Positions 47,930-59,496 of a stretch of DNA of 64,000 bases are shown here, piece after piece. The translations under genes and the position numbers were made by a program. The stretch lies in assembly GCA_907165135.1 (NCBI GenBank), contig OU015567.1:1736001-1800000 (forward strand). The letters run 5' to 3'. Source of the DNA: Oikopleura dioica (Eukaryota; Animalia; Chordata). The notes under the pieces are model-generated. The model was not told the origin of the DNA. It saw only the letters and a program-made list of their open reading frames with translations, and searched no databases. Position 1 is the stretch's first letter; each line of letters starts with the position of its first letter.

Positions 47930-50296
47930 GATGGCATCAGCTCGTCAGTTTGATTACAGCTTGCAGCCTAACTTTTTGAGTATGAAGCCTTCTCTATCAA
48001 CCAGATTAAATAAAACTTCTCTTTAGGTAATGAATACGGAACTCATAGATCCGGATCCTCGAATATCTCCTCATCAACAATGGAAATTGTCAATAGCAGG
48101 TTGTTTATTATCCTGTCTCTTTCCTTATTCATCAATTTTAGCCATGTTACCGTCTCCAGCGCAGATTATCAGCCAGTCGTTCTTCAAAATTCTACAATGA
48201 GAAGTCTTCGCGATGATCTAGCAATTTTATCAAGCGCTTCCAATGAATTTCAACTGCTGCTCGAAGAAAATCCTAATTTACTTCAAGCGCTTACGGTAAG
48301 AAACTTCTGAAATTTTGATTCACCTCAATATTTTTCAATAGGCGTATGAAGTTCTTATGTCGCGGCCAACTGATGTGACCAAAGATCTTGCAGAGCTGAT
48401 GGATGCAACTGATGATGCTTTAGGTAAAGATGACACGATAGTGACCGCAGCAAATGAGCTCCGTAGCATTCTACAGGTGAGTTCGATCATTTCAAATGTC
48501 TACTAATGCCTACAGATGACGTCTGACCATGTTATCTGATGTCTTAGGATGTCTTCAGTTCTCCATATGGAAGACTTTAGTCTTCAGATTATTCAATTAC
48601 ACTTGAGTTTAGACCGGTCATTCTGGAGCGATGTGTACAGCCGCGAAAAAAGTAGCTAGTCAGGACTATGCCGAATCCTTTGGAACTTCTGATCTCAGGT
48701 AAAATCGACGTCGCGGTCTTCCGAGTTCATTAGACCCATTTCTAGCTGTCTGGAAGAAGGGCCACTTGAGGGCTGCGCTCTTCGAGTTGTTCGCCTTGTG
48801 AAAGGAGACGAACCGTTAGGAGCAACGGCGAAAATTGGCGACGATGGAAGTCTGATTGTTGCGCGGGTAATCAAGGGCGGTGCAGCTGACCGCAGTGGAT
48901 TAATTCACGTCAACGATCGAATCGTAGAGGTCAACGGTATCCGTGCCAAACCATCCAACGTCGAGGTACGTTTCTAATCAATCCGCATCGTCTTATTTTT
49001 GCTTCAAAGGCGATTATGGAAGGCCTCTCACAATATCAAGGGCAGTTGATATTCGTCCTCGAGCCCGGAGAGAAAGCATCGTCTGACGAAGAAGCAGAAC
49101 GAATGTATCTTCGACCTAATTTCTCCTTTGACCCTAAAAATGATCCCTTGTTGCCATGTCATGATGCAGGCGTTGAATTTACGCCAGGTGTTGTTCTCGA
49201 GGTAAGGACTTTTTATTCAAATCAACAAGGACCATCAAAATTTAAGGTATTACAAACGAAAGATGAATGGTGGTGGCAAGCGAAAATCATCAGTCATCCA
49301 ACACACAAAACGCCTGCCAGCTCGAGAAAAGAGCACGCTGGTCTCATACCTTCTGAAGCTCTCAGTACGTTTTGTTCTCCATTTTCGAGCTGAAAATGTC
49401 AATGACAGTTCTGTGATAGTATCTTTCAGTCGCTCGAAGGGAAAAGCTGCGAATGGAGAAAGTGGAGAAAGCGAAGCCAAAACCAAAGAAGAAAATCCTC
49501 GGTGGGTTGTTTCAATCGGGCAAGTCTGGAAACACGAAAGAGGATGAAAAAACTGATGAAATTTCTAAAGTAACATTGTCGCGTGTTGATATGTTTTAAA
49601 ACATCATTTAGGGGTACAAATCGGTGGTGCAATTCGGCCCATCATCAAGAAAAAGGCCTCTTGTTGTCATCTCGCCCAGATCGATCGACAAGTTTCAGTT
49701 GAGAAGACGACTGATTCAGGCGAAGTCAGAATCCTACAGAATTCCTACGCCTTCAACGACCCGTCCTAAACAAGCGACAGAACGTAGGCTTACTTTTTCG
49801 CATCCAAGCTATTTAAGTTTAAGGTGATGGAGTGGACTACCATTTCATCAATCGCGCTGATTTCGACTCTGAAATCGCGAACGACTCGTTCCTTGAATAT
49901 GGGATGAACAAAGCCGGCTTTCTTTACGGAACGCTTATGACTGAAGTGTTGAAGATCCTCGATACCGGCAAAACCCCGCTCCTTTGCCCTCCTCCACAGT
50001 CGTTGAACAAGATTCGAAATAAGGACTTCAAGGCGTTCGTTGTTTTCCTCAAGGTACACGGAATTTCGAAGCTGCTTTTTTATCAATTCTAGCCGGTCGA
50101 TCGCATCAACTGCAAGTGGGATGCCCAGACTATGCGCGAAGCCGGAAAAATGGAGAGCGAATACGCCCATCAGATCGATGTGTGGATCGAGTACGACACC
50201 ACTGAGTTCGCATTCCGCCGCCTCCAAGAAATCGCATTCTCGCTGGAGAACGAGCCACAGTGGATCGAAAAAGACTGGGTCAAAGAGGACTCATAG
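47930..50296 (+). CDS. MAGUK p55 subfamily protein (MPP5/MPP7-like): L27, PDZ, SH3, guanylate kinase; start approximate
   Basis: EPLGAT..IVARVIKGGAADRSGLIHVNDRIVEVNG (PDZ); FDPKNDPLLPCHDAGVEF..WWQAK..GLIPS (SH3); YHFI..FLEYG..YGT (GK); PQWI. Confidence 0.9.
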
Positions 50297-50894
50297 TTTA
50301 CTTTTAGCCCTGCCTTGTTATGTCTTATCGTTTTAATTTTTAATTCGTTTCAGAGCTTCAAATTCCTACGAGCTAATAGAGTCTTCCTTCTTATTTTGCC
50401 GCAACTACTTATCATGAAAAAACTACGTACTTCCTTATCCTTTTTACTCGTTCCATTAGACAAATGTCCAAAACTCGCTCCAAATAAATACATTCAGAGA
50501 CTTCTCTTATCAAAATAATAGTTTCTTCAGCTTTTTTTTCTACCTCTCTTCGACTACCCGAACATGTCAAATATAAAAAATATTTCAGTATTAAAAAAGA
50601 ACAGTTTTGAATGAACTTGAATATGTTTATTGAAAACAATCACGAAAATTAAAATCGTTTCAGGGAGATAAATCGGCAGGCAAGACCATTTACTGTCAGT
50701 TTTGGTCATCTCCTTCATCTAAGGATCTCTCCAATTTTGTGTTGATATTAACAGCGAATTTCTGAAATTGGCTTGAAATCCGTGAGGCGCTTTAGAACTA
50801 AATTTACCCGTAGAACGGTTGATTTCGCCTTATCTCTTATTAACCCGATTTTACTTTGATTCGGGACCTTGAAGGGTATCACAGCCGGATCGTC

Positions 50895-52819
50895 TTATTT
50901 CAAGATGCATAAATTTTCAGAGCAAAGTAGCGCTGCTATTAAAATATGCACATTTCCTTCATCAACATGGTAGAAACGGAGCTCCTTTCGGAGATCGTGC
51001 ACCAAGTGAACGAAGTTTTTCAAGTTCACCTAATAAATAATTGAATAACAAATTTCAATTCTGTCCGCTTACTTTTCCCATATCAGTGTTAACAAGATCC
51101 AGGGCAGGGGTTTGGGCCATATTATCAATAACGACTGCAAGGGTTTCCAGCAAGTTCAGTTTTCTTCCGTATGGACTATCAAGAAATATCATAGATTTTA
51201 ACTTAAGGGGAGGGCCCAAAAGGACGGATAGGGTGGGAGTTGCTCAGCTTACCCCAGTTTTTATTCTCAAAATGTCTTATTCACTCACCTCATTATTGTT
51301 TGAATACTAGTGATGTAGGGACACGGCTGGTTGTATTGCCGAAAGAGGTCACTGTACGGCCCGACTGTCCAAAACTCGAGCCAGTTGGGTCGAACCTGAC
51401 GCTTTGAAAATATATCTTTGTACTTGTTATGCATATCAGCCTGGCTATCAAGGTCGTTTTCCCAGCGGCAAATGTGCACGAAAATCACTTCATGAGGGCT
51501 CACATTTCCATTCAAGCATATTTTCCATTAGTTCGGAAAATGTAGATGTATCTATTGAGCCCTTCATATTGGCTTGTCATTCAAATCTTCATTAGCCAAC
51601 ACATCGCTTAGCAGATCGTCTATATGTACTGTCCTGAAAGCACAGTGTTGCTCCTCATTACTGTCAATGCTCAAGGGCAATTCTTTGATCACCTGTCAGC
51701 AAAAGCAATCAAGTCGTCTGTCCCGCCAAAGCAGGATAGGGAAATGGCGAATATATCTTTTGTCTTTTGGCGGCCATTTTCCAATTTCTTTCGGATGCCT
51801 TTTTTGGCCTCTTGATATGTTAATGGACCTCAAGGAGCAGGTGTCATTATTTTATAATTCAAAGATGTTACAGACCTTGGTACAGTACTACATCAAATCC
51901 GAGTCGCTGAAATACACTGACAAGATTTTGACCATCCTTCAAAGCTTGTTTTTCTAAAAGATCATTGTCCAGATTTTATCGCGGAAAATGATTTTCTGAA
52001 GGCTGTTAGTCTTACCTTGATCCTCCGTGTTTTCCTGCGTGTTGACAAAGAAGCACAAGCAGTCCCTATTCTTCGTTATTTCATAAATTTCTCTTCCCTC
52101 TGACATGAGCAAATTTTGCCAGAAATTTTCCGAATCCTTCATAGAGCGTCTCTCTTTTTGAATAAAGCAGAAAAAAAGTCCGACAGCTCTGGCAGTATCT
52201 GTGGACAGAATAAGAAGGAGCAGGGCCTAAGGGTCATGAATACATGATATGCAATTTGTGGCTGGCAGCTTTTTTAACCAACAGAAATTAACTGTTAATT
52301 CAGAAGAAACAAGGAGTCTGTCAGGCAGTCGTAACATTGAACGACGAAAAGATATGGTAAATCCTTTCCATGGAACTTTCACCTAAAAAGATGTTACTTA
52401 CATTCTGCCGGATAATCTTTCTCTTGAAAGTTTCAGGAAAGCGATTTACCATACATTTCCGCCGCTCTATGTCTGGCTGACAGACTCTTTGAATCGGATG
52501 AAGAAAACATCCGAGACTGAGAAATGTGAACTCAAGAATTAACCCTCAACATATCCCTCGAATAATTAACACTTGAAAATATTTTTACTAAAATATTATC
52601 GCTATGAAAAACGCTTTCCTTTCCAAGCTTGCAGGAAAAAATATTTCTATTTCTAGCGACGCTTCCAATCAGACTCTTCTTTCTCTGCTTGTGATTGTCT
52701 CTGCCCTTTCTCCTCGCCGACGATTCTTCTCCAGGATCAATATTCGACATCCAGGCGTCCCTATCGCCGCGAAAAAGTACATGATTTATATATCGATGGA
52801 AAGCCTGCAGATGAACCAT
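50895..52819 (-). CDS. Caspase-fold protein lacking the catalytic His, with an N-terminal prodomain; ends approximate
   Basis: Spliced: IYEITKNRDCLCFFVN..ALKDGQNLVSVFQRLGFDVVLYQGPLTYQE..DIFAISLSCFGG..VHIDDLL..DKPILIFVHICRW..WLEFWTVGPY..YITSIQTIM..LNLLETLAVV..HDLRKELRFY. This follows the caspase p20/p10 motif order. Confidence 0.72.
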
Positions 52820-53699
52820 TTTTCTCTCATCACGAACAGGGAAAAGAACGGTTTAAAATACAGGGGTAAATCAAGATTTTGTCTCCTTCGATTTCGATCT
52901 TTTTTTGAATATTCATTATCAAAGCTCATTTTTTTCATTCATTCATATTAATAGCCATAGATCTCAATCTTGCGCGTACACCTAGTATATCAGAATTCGC
53001 AAATCATTCTGATTCTTTGAGTTCTAAAGTTGAGATTCAATTAATTTTAGTCGAAATATTTATTATTGTTTCCAACGGAAGAAAAATGGATTTAGAGATC
53101 ATAGTTTTATTTTGTATAAACAAGGTTTTCTGGTTAATTTAGTGAACTCTACCGAACATGAATTTTGACTGTAAATACCCAAAAGTGATTACATAACATG
53201 CTTTTATCCGATAGAAACTTAAAATTTAACCGTACTTCTTCATTCTTACCACAAAAGTTGGGAAATATGGCTCATTCTCAAATAATCCTCTCATATGATC
53301 CGCTCAAAACTTCTCCTTTCTGTGATCTTCTTTGTGCAGTCTCGAAATCTAATTATTCCCAAGGTCGGTCACTCAGCTTCCCAAGAACAAAATATGATGT
53401 AAAACAACTTTAAAAATAATTAACCGTTCATCGACAATTACTACTACTATGTAAATGGTCCATAATTTTAATTTGATTGTTGCTAATCACGAGTGTTTTA
53501 TGTGAACAAGAATAATTCAACTCATAAAGTTCAATATTTGATTTATTTTCAAAAAAGTACCTTTCGGTTTTTATTGTTTCGCTCAGCTATAAGTGCAAAA
53601 TGTGAATGGCAAAACATATGATACAGAGATATTTACAAAGTATTTACAAGATCCGTACATTTGAAAACTTATTTTGGAAAGTAATGATCTTCGTATTGA

Positions 53700-55100
53700 C
53701 TCAGCTTCTCCTCTAGTTGGTGATTTTTGCGCTGAGATGTTCTCAGCTGCTCTCTTAGGCGAAAGACCTGAAGTAACATAAGTAAGATAGGGTAAGGGTT
53801 AATGGCCAAATTTTCTAAAATAAAAAAAGTTGCTGAATAGACTTACTTTTGCTTGAAGCCGCATAATCACCGCCAGATCATCTTTTTCCTCCTTCTGGTG
53901 GAGGAAATAATAATTACTTACCGACTCGACGACCTCTCTGACTTCTTCTTTGAGTCTTGCTCCAAGGTCGAAATTTTCATTTTCTTCAGTTTCAAACTGA
54001 TCGAAAATACTTTCGGTCCTTACAGGAGCTACATCGTTCAACATCTGATTATCCTCTTTTTCTAAATATCCATAGCGCTCGAAAATCCTTTCGACAACTT
54101 TTTTCTCCTCTGAGCTTATGTGCTTCCTCGTTTTCTTTCTATTAGCCCAGCGTAATAATCGCTGAACAGGCCAATCCTGCATCTCAGGCCTGCTTTCAAG
54201 CCAACTTTCGCTCTTTTCTGGCTCTTCAACGGTTGTTTCTAGAGTCCAAGCTTCGAGGTTTTCTTTTTTCTCTAGCTCGTTGGAAGTAACTTCTTTTGTT
54301 CAAGTGAAAACAATTAGCGCTTATGATCTCAAAATATGACCCTCTTAAATTCTCCCTTAAAAATATAAGGACGCATATTTATTTGTAGGGAAAACATAAT
54401 CTCCCAATTTGGGATTCCTCAGAACTAAGTAAACTTTAGTAGATCTTCAGATCTACTTATTTATTGAGCAAGACAATTAAGACTTTTAATCTTTTTCTGT
54501 CACTTTCCTGGTTCTTTGTACACTTCATATTGACCATCAGCACATGTTTGAACCATGGGATTGCATTCCCAGTCGAAATTGTCGTAGAAAAACTCGGAGT
54601 GGTTCTCGCAAGGTTCCCCTGCATAAGTCCATTCGCACTGTTTTATGAATTGCAACGGTCCCATTTCTTACTTAGGGTTAAGAATTTCGCTCAGGCCTTT
54701 TCATTCCCTGACTAAGATCTTAGAAAGAGGCTGTGGTGCCCAGATCTAACTTGATCTTTAACCCTTTGCAGAATGACAATCGCAAATTATCTCTGCCCGT
54801 TGTAAGCCATCCGGACACGTTCCTTTCAAAACGCTTTCAATTACTGTTAAATGGATTTCCATAGAATCTGTCTCTGATTCAACATTGACTCAAACCCTAG
54901 TTTCGTTTGAAAGCGCGTTCCTGAGCAAGAATAGCCTGGAATGTAGAGATGATCATCCAAAATGTCGCACAGAAGATTGTCCGAGTAATGACCGGTCGAG
55001 ACGCTTGGAGGGTCGAGTTTTAGCCAGGAAGGACGAGGGCCGCAGTTCTAAAGAATCATTTTGTTTCTTGAACGACACGGAAAGTGGGCTATCAAATTCA
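53700..55100 (-). CDS. Uncharacterised, probably secreted multi-exon protein; boundaries uncertain
   Basis: Exon-like ORF 53799-54182, Cys/Trp exon CEWTYAGEPCENH..WECNP near 54500-54640, hydrophobic segment near 54940-54990. Confidence 0.35.
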
Positions 55101-56096
55101 CTTGTTTAATTGTGGACATGGTAAACATCAGTTGTTCAAGCGAAGCGTGTGGAATAACTAGAGTTTATCATTAAACCAAAATCGGGACTTCAGAAGAATA
55201 ATAAATAAAACTTATTAATAGAATATTCAGAAGTAAACATTCACGCTCCTGGGGCTAGGGACAAAATATGAACCCTAATCGACCAACTCCCCTAGAAGGA
55301 TAAAAAATAGTCTATCTTCCAATTTGATTATTTTTTTTTCTCTTCTCTTTTTTGGTCTTTTTTTATCCTTGGCCCAATATGAGTATCTTGAAAAAAAATG
55401 CAATTTCATTTTTTCTCTTTAAAAATTTTTTTTTACTCAAAAATTTTCGCACTTACATTTGAAAGATCCCACTGCATGTTGAGCTTGTGTGCGATCGTAT
55501 CTACTGTTGCTGCATCTATTTGACTTATTTTTACCAGAATCGCGGCTGACAGTAATCTCTGCATTTTTAAAAAAGTCAGGAAAAATTTTCGGTATTTTTT
55601 CTCAATTACACGAAATAAAAATAAATGAGGAAATTTCTATTCGATTTTCCTCAAATCGAAATAATCAGAATAAATGATAAATCGAAGGGATGAAAGATAT
55701 ATGGACAGGGAGCACCGTAGTGCTTGGCGCTGTTGGGTGAAGAGCACTTAATCCCTCCATGAAATGATAAGAAATAAAGTTAATTATTGTTAGGCAAAAC
55801 AAAACGGCGCGCGCTCCTTGAAAAAAGCTGAATCAGGTTAAAATTTTTGAATTTTATTGAGTAAGCGGGTTAAATAGTTTAGAAAAAAGTTTTGGTGAAA
55901 ATAGGCTTGATGAAAACATTTGAAAAAGTGATTTGAAATTCTTCGTTTCACCAAGAACCTTTATTTTGTGTTTTCGAGAGGAAAAATTTTCTCGGGGTCG
56001 TTAAATTAGCCGAGGAATTATACTCTGTAAACTCTTCATGTCTCCATTCAACGAAATAAATTAAGCTTTTGATAAGAAAATATGAATTCAGGAGGA

Positions 56097-56220
56097 GGAT
56101 GTGTCAGGAACCGACAAAAAAATTTAGACAAATTTTGCGTAGAAATTTTCAACCAATCAGCAGCCGAGTAGCCGCCCTCGCAAAATTTGTCGACATTTTT
56201 TGTGGGTTCCTGACGCCATC
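56097..56220. repeat. Small inverted-repeat element (about 120 bp)
   Basis: GTCAGGAACCGACAAAAAAATTTAGACAAATTTTGCG pairs imperfectly with CGCAAAATTTGTCGACATTTTTTGTGGGTTCCTGAC. No clear TSD. Confidence 0.6.
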
Positions 56221-57060
56221 ACTTCAGAAGTACTGAATTTTAGAACTCTCTTGTAACAGTTAGAAAGGCCTTTGTTACTGGACTTTTACTCAGTTAAATA
56301 GAATTTTGTGCATTAGCTGATCATAAATTGTGGTTCCTGTAATGATAAACTTGTCTTATAAATTTTTTCATCGAATATGAAAACCACGATAACATCAATT
56401 AACAGGTTCTCCAAGCATAATATAATGAAAAAGGCTAATGAATTTAATTTGCAAAAAATTTTCTGAGGTGACCGAATTTTCAACCAAATACCCTTAAAAC
56501 AAAGTTTTCACTCATCATTTTCTCAGATTAATTTGCTACCCGTGTCTGTACACATGTTCTAAGGTCATGTTATATCTAGGTTTTCTGACAGATTACATGA
56601 TGAAGAACTCTTTGCCTCAGAATCTAGAGTTCGACCTTGTTGTTTAATCGTAACCTCGGCTCATCTTTTCCCCCTTGTTCAAAACGTGATTCTCGGTAAA
56701 TTATGTTAATAATTTTGGTAATAATAATCCTCTACCAAAACTTTTTTCTTTCGGCACCATTCCGATCGTGCTGAAATAACTGATGCCAAAATAGACAAAG
56801 CGCTGAACACATAACAAAGTGAAAAAAACGATTTATCAAATAATTATAACTGTGGATAGTACAACTTATTTCCGAAAAAAGTGGCAATTTATAAATGCAA
56901 ACTTTGCACTTCCGACCATTCTCAGATTGAAAATCAGAGTTGCGACTAGTTTGCAAAATAAACAATCGTCGATTGATCTTATCGTTCATATATAAATCGA
57001 TTTTCAAGACCATGGAATCATCATCTCGATAAAGAGATTTTCGTCGAGAGAGTCGTCAAG

Positions 57061-58399
57061 ATGAAGTTTTTTCCTCTGTTCTTTTTCTTCGCAGTTTTTG
57101 GCGGAGAACAGGGTCAAGATCTTGGTAAGCCTGAAAATTAGAAGCTGCTTATTGAATCTTTCAGTTTCAAATGATTATTTAACAAATGAAGATTCTTCTG
57201 TATTTGATTGGCAACGTGGCAAAAATAAAAAAAAGAAAAGGAATGTTTTCTAAGGTTCATTTTTTAAATTTATTTGTGTTCTAATTTTGCCCCAGCCCTG
57301 TCTTTATGAATCGGCAAAACTCGTAGTTTTATATGTTTTTTATCCCTACGACGTACTCCGGAAACGCAACGTTGGCAAAAATTAAGTTTCTTTGAGACTT
57401 AGGTTCACATCTTTACTTTCAAAATAGACAAAAAACTCATCCTCTTACAAATTTTGACATCAACAAGATTAGCAGACAAGGGTTAGATGAGTTCTCTCAT
57501 GTGGAGTTTTTCTTGTGAAAATTCCTTAAAAGTGCTACTAAATCAACAACTACAACGACGACAACCTCAACCACAACCACGACGACAACAACAACAACCA
57601 CCACGTCAACCACGAGCACAACAACCACAACAACAACAACCACAACCACAACAACTACGTCGACAACAAGTACGACCACAACAACGACAACTTCAACAAC
57701 ACCTCCGACAACACCTTCGGCTAAAAGCAAGAAATCTAAAAAAGAAGCCAAATCTTCAGGACCCTGCACCATCAAAAAATTCCAATCAATCACCTGCAGC
57801 AAGGTTTTTGCTTTCCCTTCAACCTCTTATATTAAAAATTCTAGCTTGGCCTTACCCACGAGGGCGACGTTATCGAACAAATAAATGCTCTTCATGATAC
57901 AAAGCGCTTCAATATTCACTCTATCGATCTAAGCAAGAATCCAAAACTGAACGGAGAAAGCATCAAACGAATCTTGGAACGATTGCCAAATTTGAAGAAA
58001 GTTAATCTTGCCGGAGTAGATATGAAACAGGTAAATTGGCTTCTCCGCCAATAAGAGACGAGGATTCTTTCTGCTCGCAAATCAGAAACCATCATTTTAC
58101 TGAAAAAAGCCTTGAAGAATCGACATCTTATTCAGGTACCCCCTGGACTTTTCAAATCAACGGAAAAAGTCAACAATGTCAACATTTCGGACAATAACAT
58201 CATCTGCGCTCGCGGTGTCTTTACGAATCTGAAGCTCGCCCGACTCACATACGGCGGCAATCCCCTCTTGAAAGAACTCACCGGCCGCTCCAAGTCAAAG
58301 AAGTCAAAGGCGAAGGAAGATGTTCGAAAGATCGACTACGATGTCAAGGACAGTGACTGTGCTTTTGACATGCCTGGTGATTTTGCTCACTATGGTTAA
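57061..58399 (+). CDS. Secreted protein with a Thr-rich mucin-like tract and leucine-rich repeats
   Basis: Signal MKFFPLFFFFAVFGG, poly-Thr (ACN) tract 57545-57715, LRR motifs IDLSKN, LKKVNLAG, VNISDNNI, LTYGGNP. Confidence 0.75.
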
Positions 58400-59496
58400 A
58401 ATAATAAACGCAGATAAATTCAGAGTCTTGTCTCCCCTTGTCTCTGTGGTTAGTTGTTTGTAACGGAGCAATTTGTCAGATTTGAAAACCACGGTCGCGT
58501 TCGATTCCATTTCAGTATCGATTAAAAGTTGTTCCGCTGTCAGATTAATAACCAGAGATAAATTGCAAACTTCAATCTTCTTGCTTAGCTTTGCGGTTTA
58601 ATTTTCTTATGAATGAGCAAAACTTGAAACTTCGTAAGTGTTTCTCCCTCCGACGTACACCGGAAGTGAAGCGTCAGACGAGATTTAAGCTGCACATAGA
58701 ACCTAGAATACACCTATTTAGTTTATCTACAAAAGCAAATTCTAGTTTCTCTAAGGAATATTTGTTCTAGTGCAAATCTCTGAAAAGTATTGTTTATTAT
58801 GGGTAGGCTTACCGCGGCTAAAAGCTATTTTCCAGGTTCTTTTGAAAAATCTCACCAAACTACGAATACATATACTTCAAGACACGCTTGGAAAAGTTGA
58901 TCAATTAGATTTTTCAAAATGGATCTTCTTGTTGCTTTTTTTGACCGATTTTTGTGGAGAAAATTTGCACTCATATCAGTTGAAGCCAATTTTGAGCACC
59001 TGCTAGTTTGATTTTGATAATTGTGTGCATACCAAGTGAAAGTTGAGGTCAGCCTGAATCGATAGAGCCAAAAAAATTTTATGCCAACTTAGTTTTTCAC
59101 ACTTTCCCAGGGCTCCAAAGTTGACCAAGACTGTCAGATCTGAAATTTCAGAAATCTCAACTTCTGATATAGGCGTGCTATGATGACGTTCTATAGCTTA
59201 AATGAAAGCTCATGATTCACTTGATTCAATTAAGCGGTATTTTTTCAACCAGCCGGTCATTCTCGCGGTTCATCGCGGTTCACTTGGATTTTCGCATACT
59301 TTCACGTTGATACCAAATCTTATCTAATAAAAACTCGGCCAGTTAATGGCCACTTAGAGTCAACTTTGGTCAAATTCGGCCGGAGGACCCCCGGACGACC
59401 TCCCTGATGGAAGACCATCCGCTGGAAGACCAATATTAAGATATTCAATAAATGGCCGCGCTCGGCCAGTAAATGGCCACATATGGCCAACATTGG

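Noticed and set aside
57497-57802. Poly-Val and poly-Gln ORFs
   Set aside because: Alternative frames of the Thr-rich ACN tract of the LRR gene.
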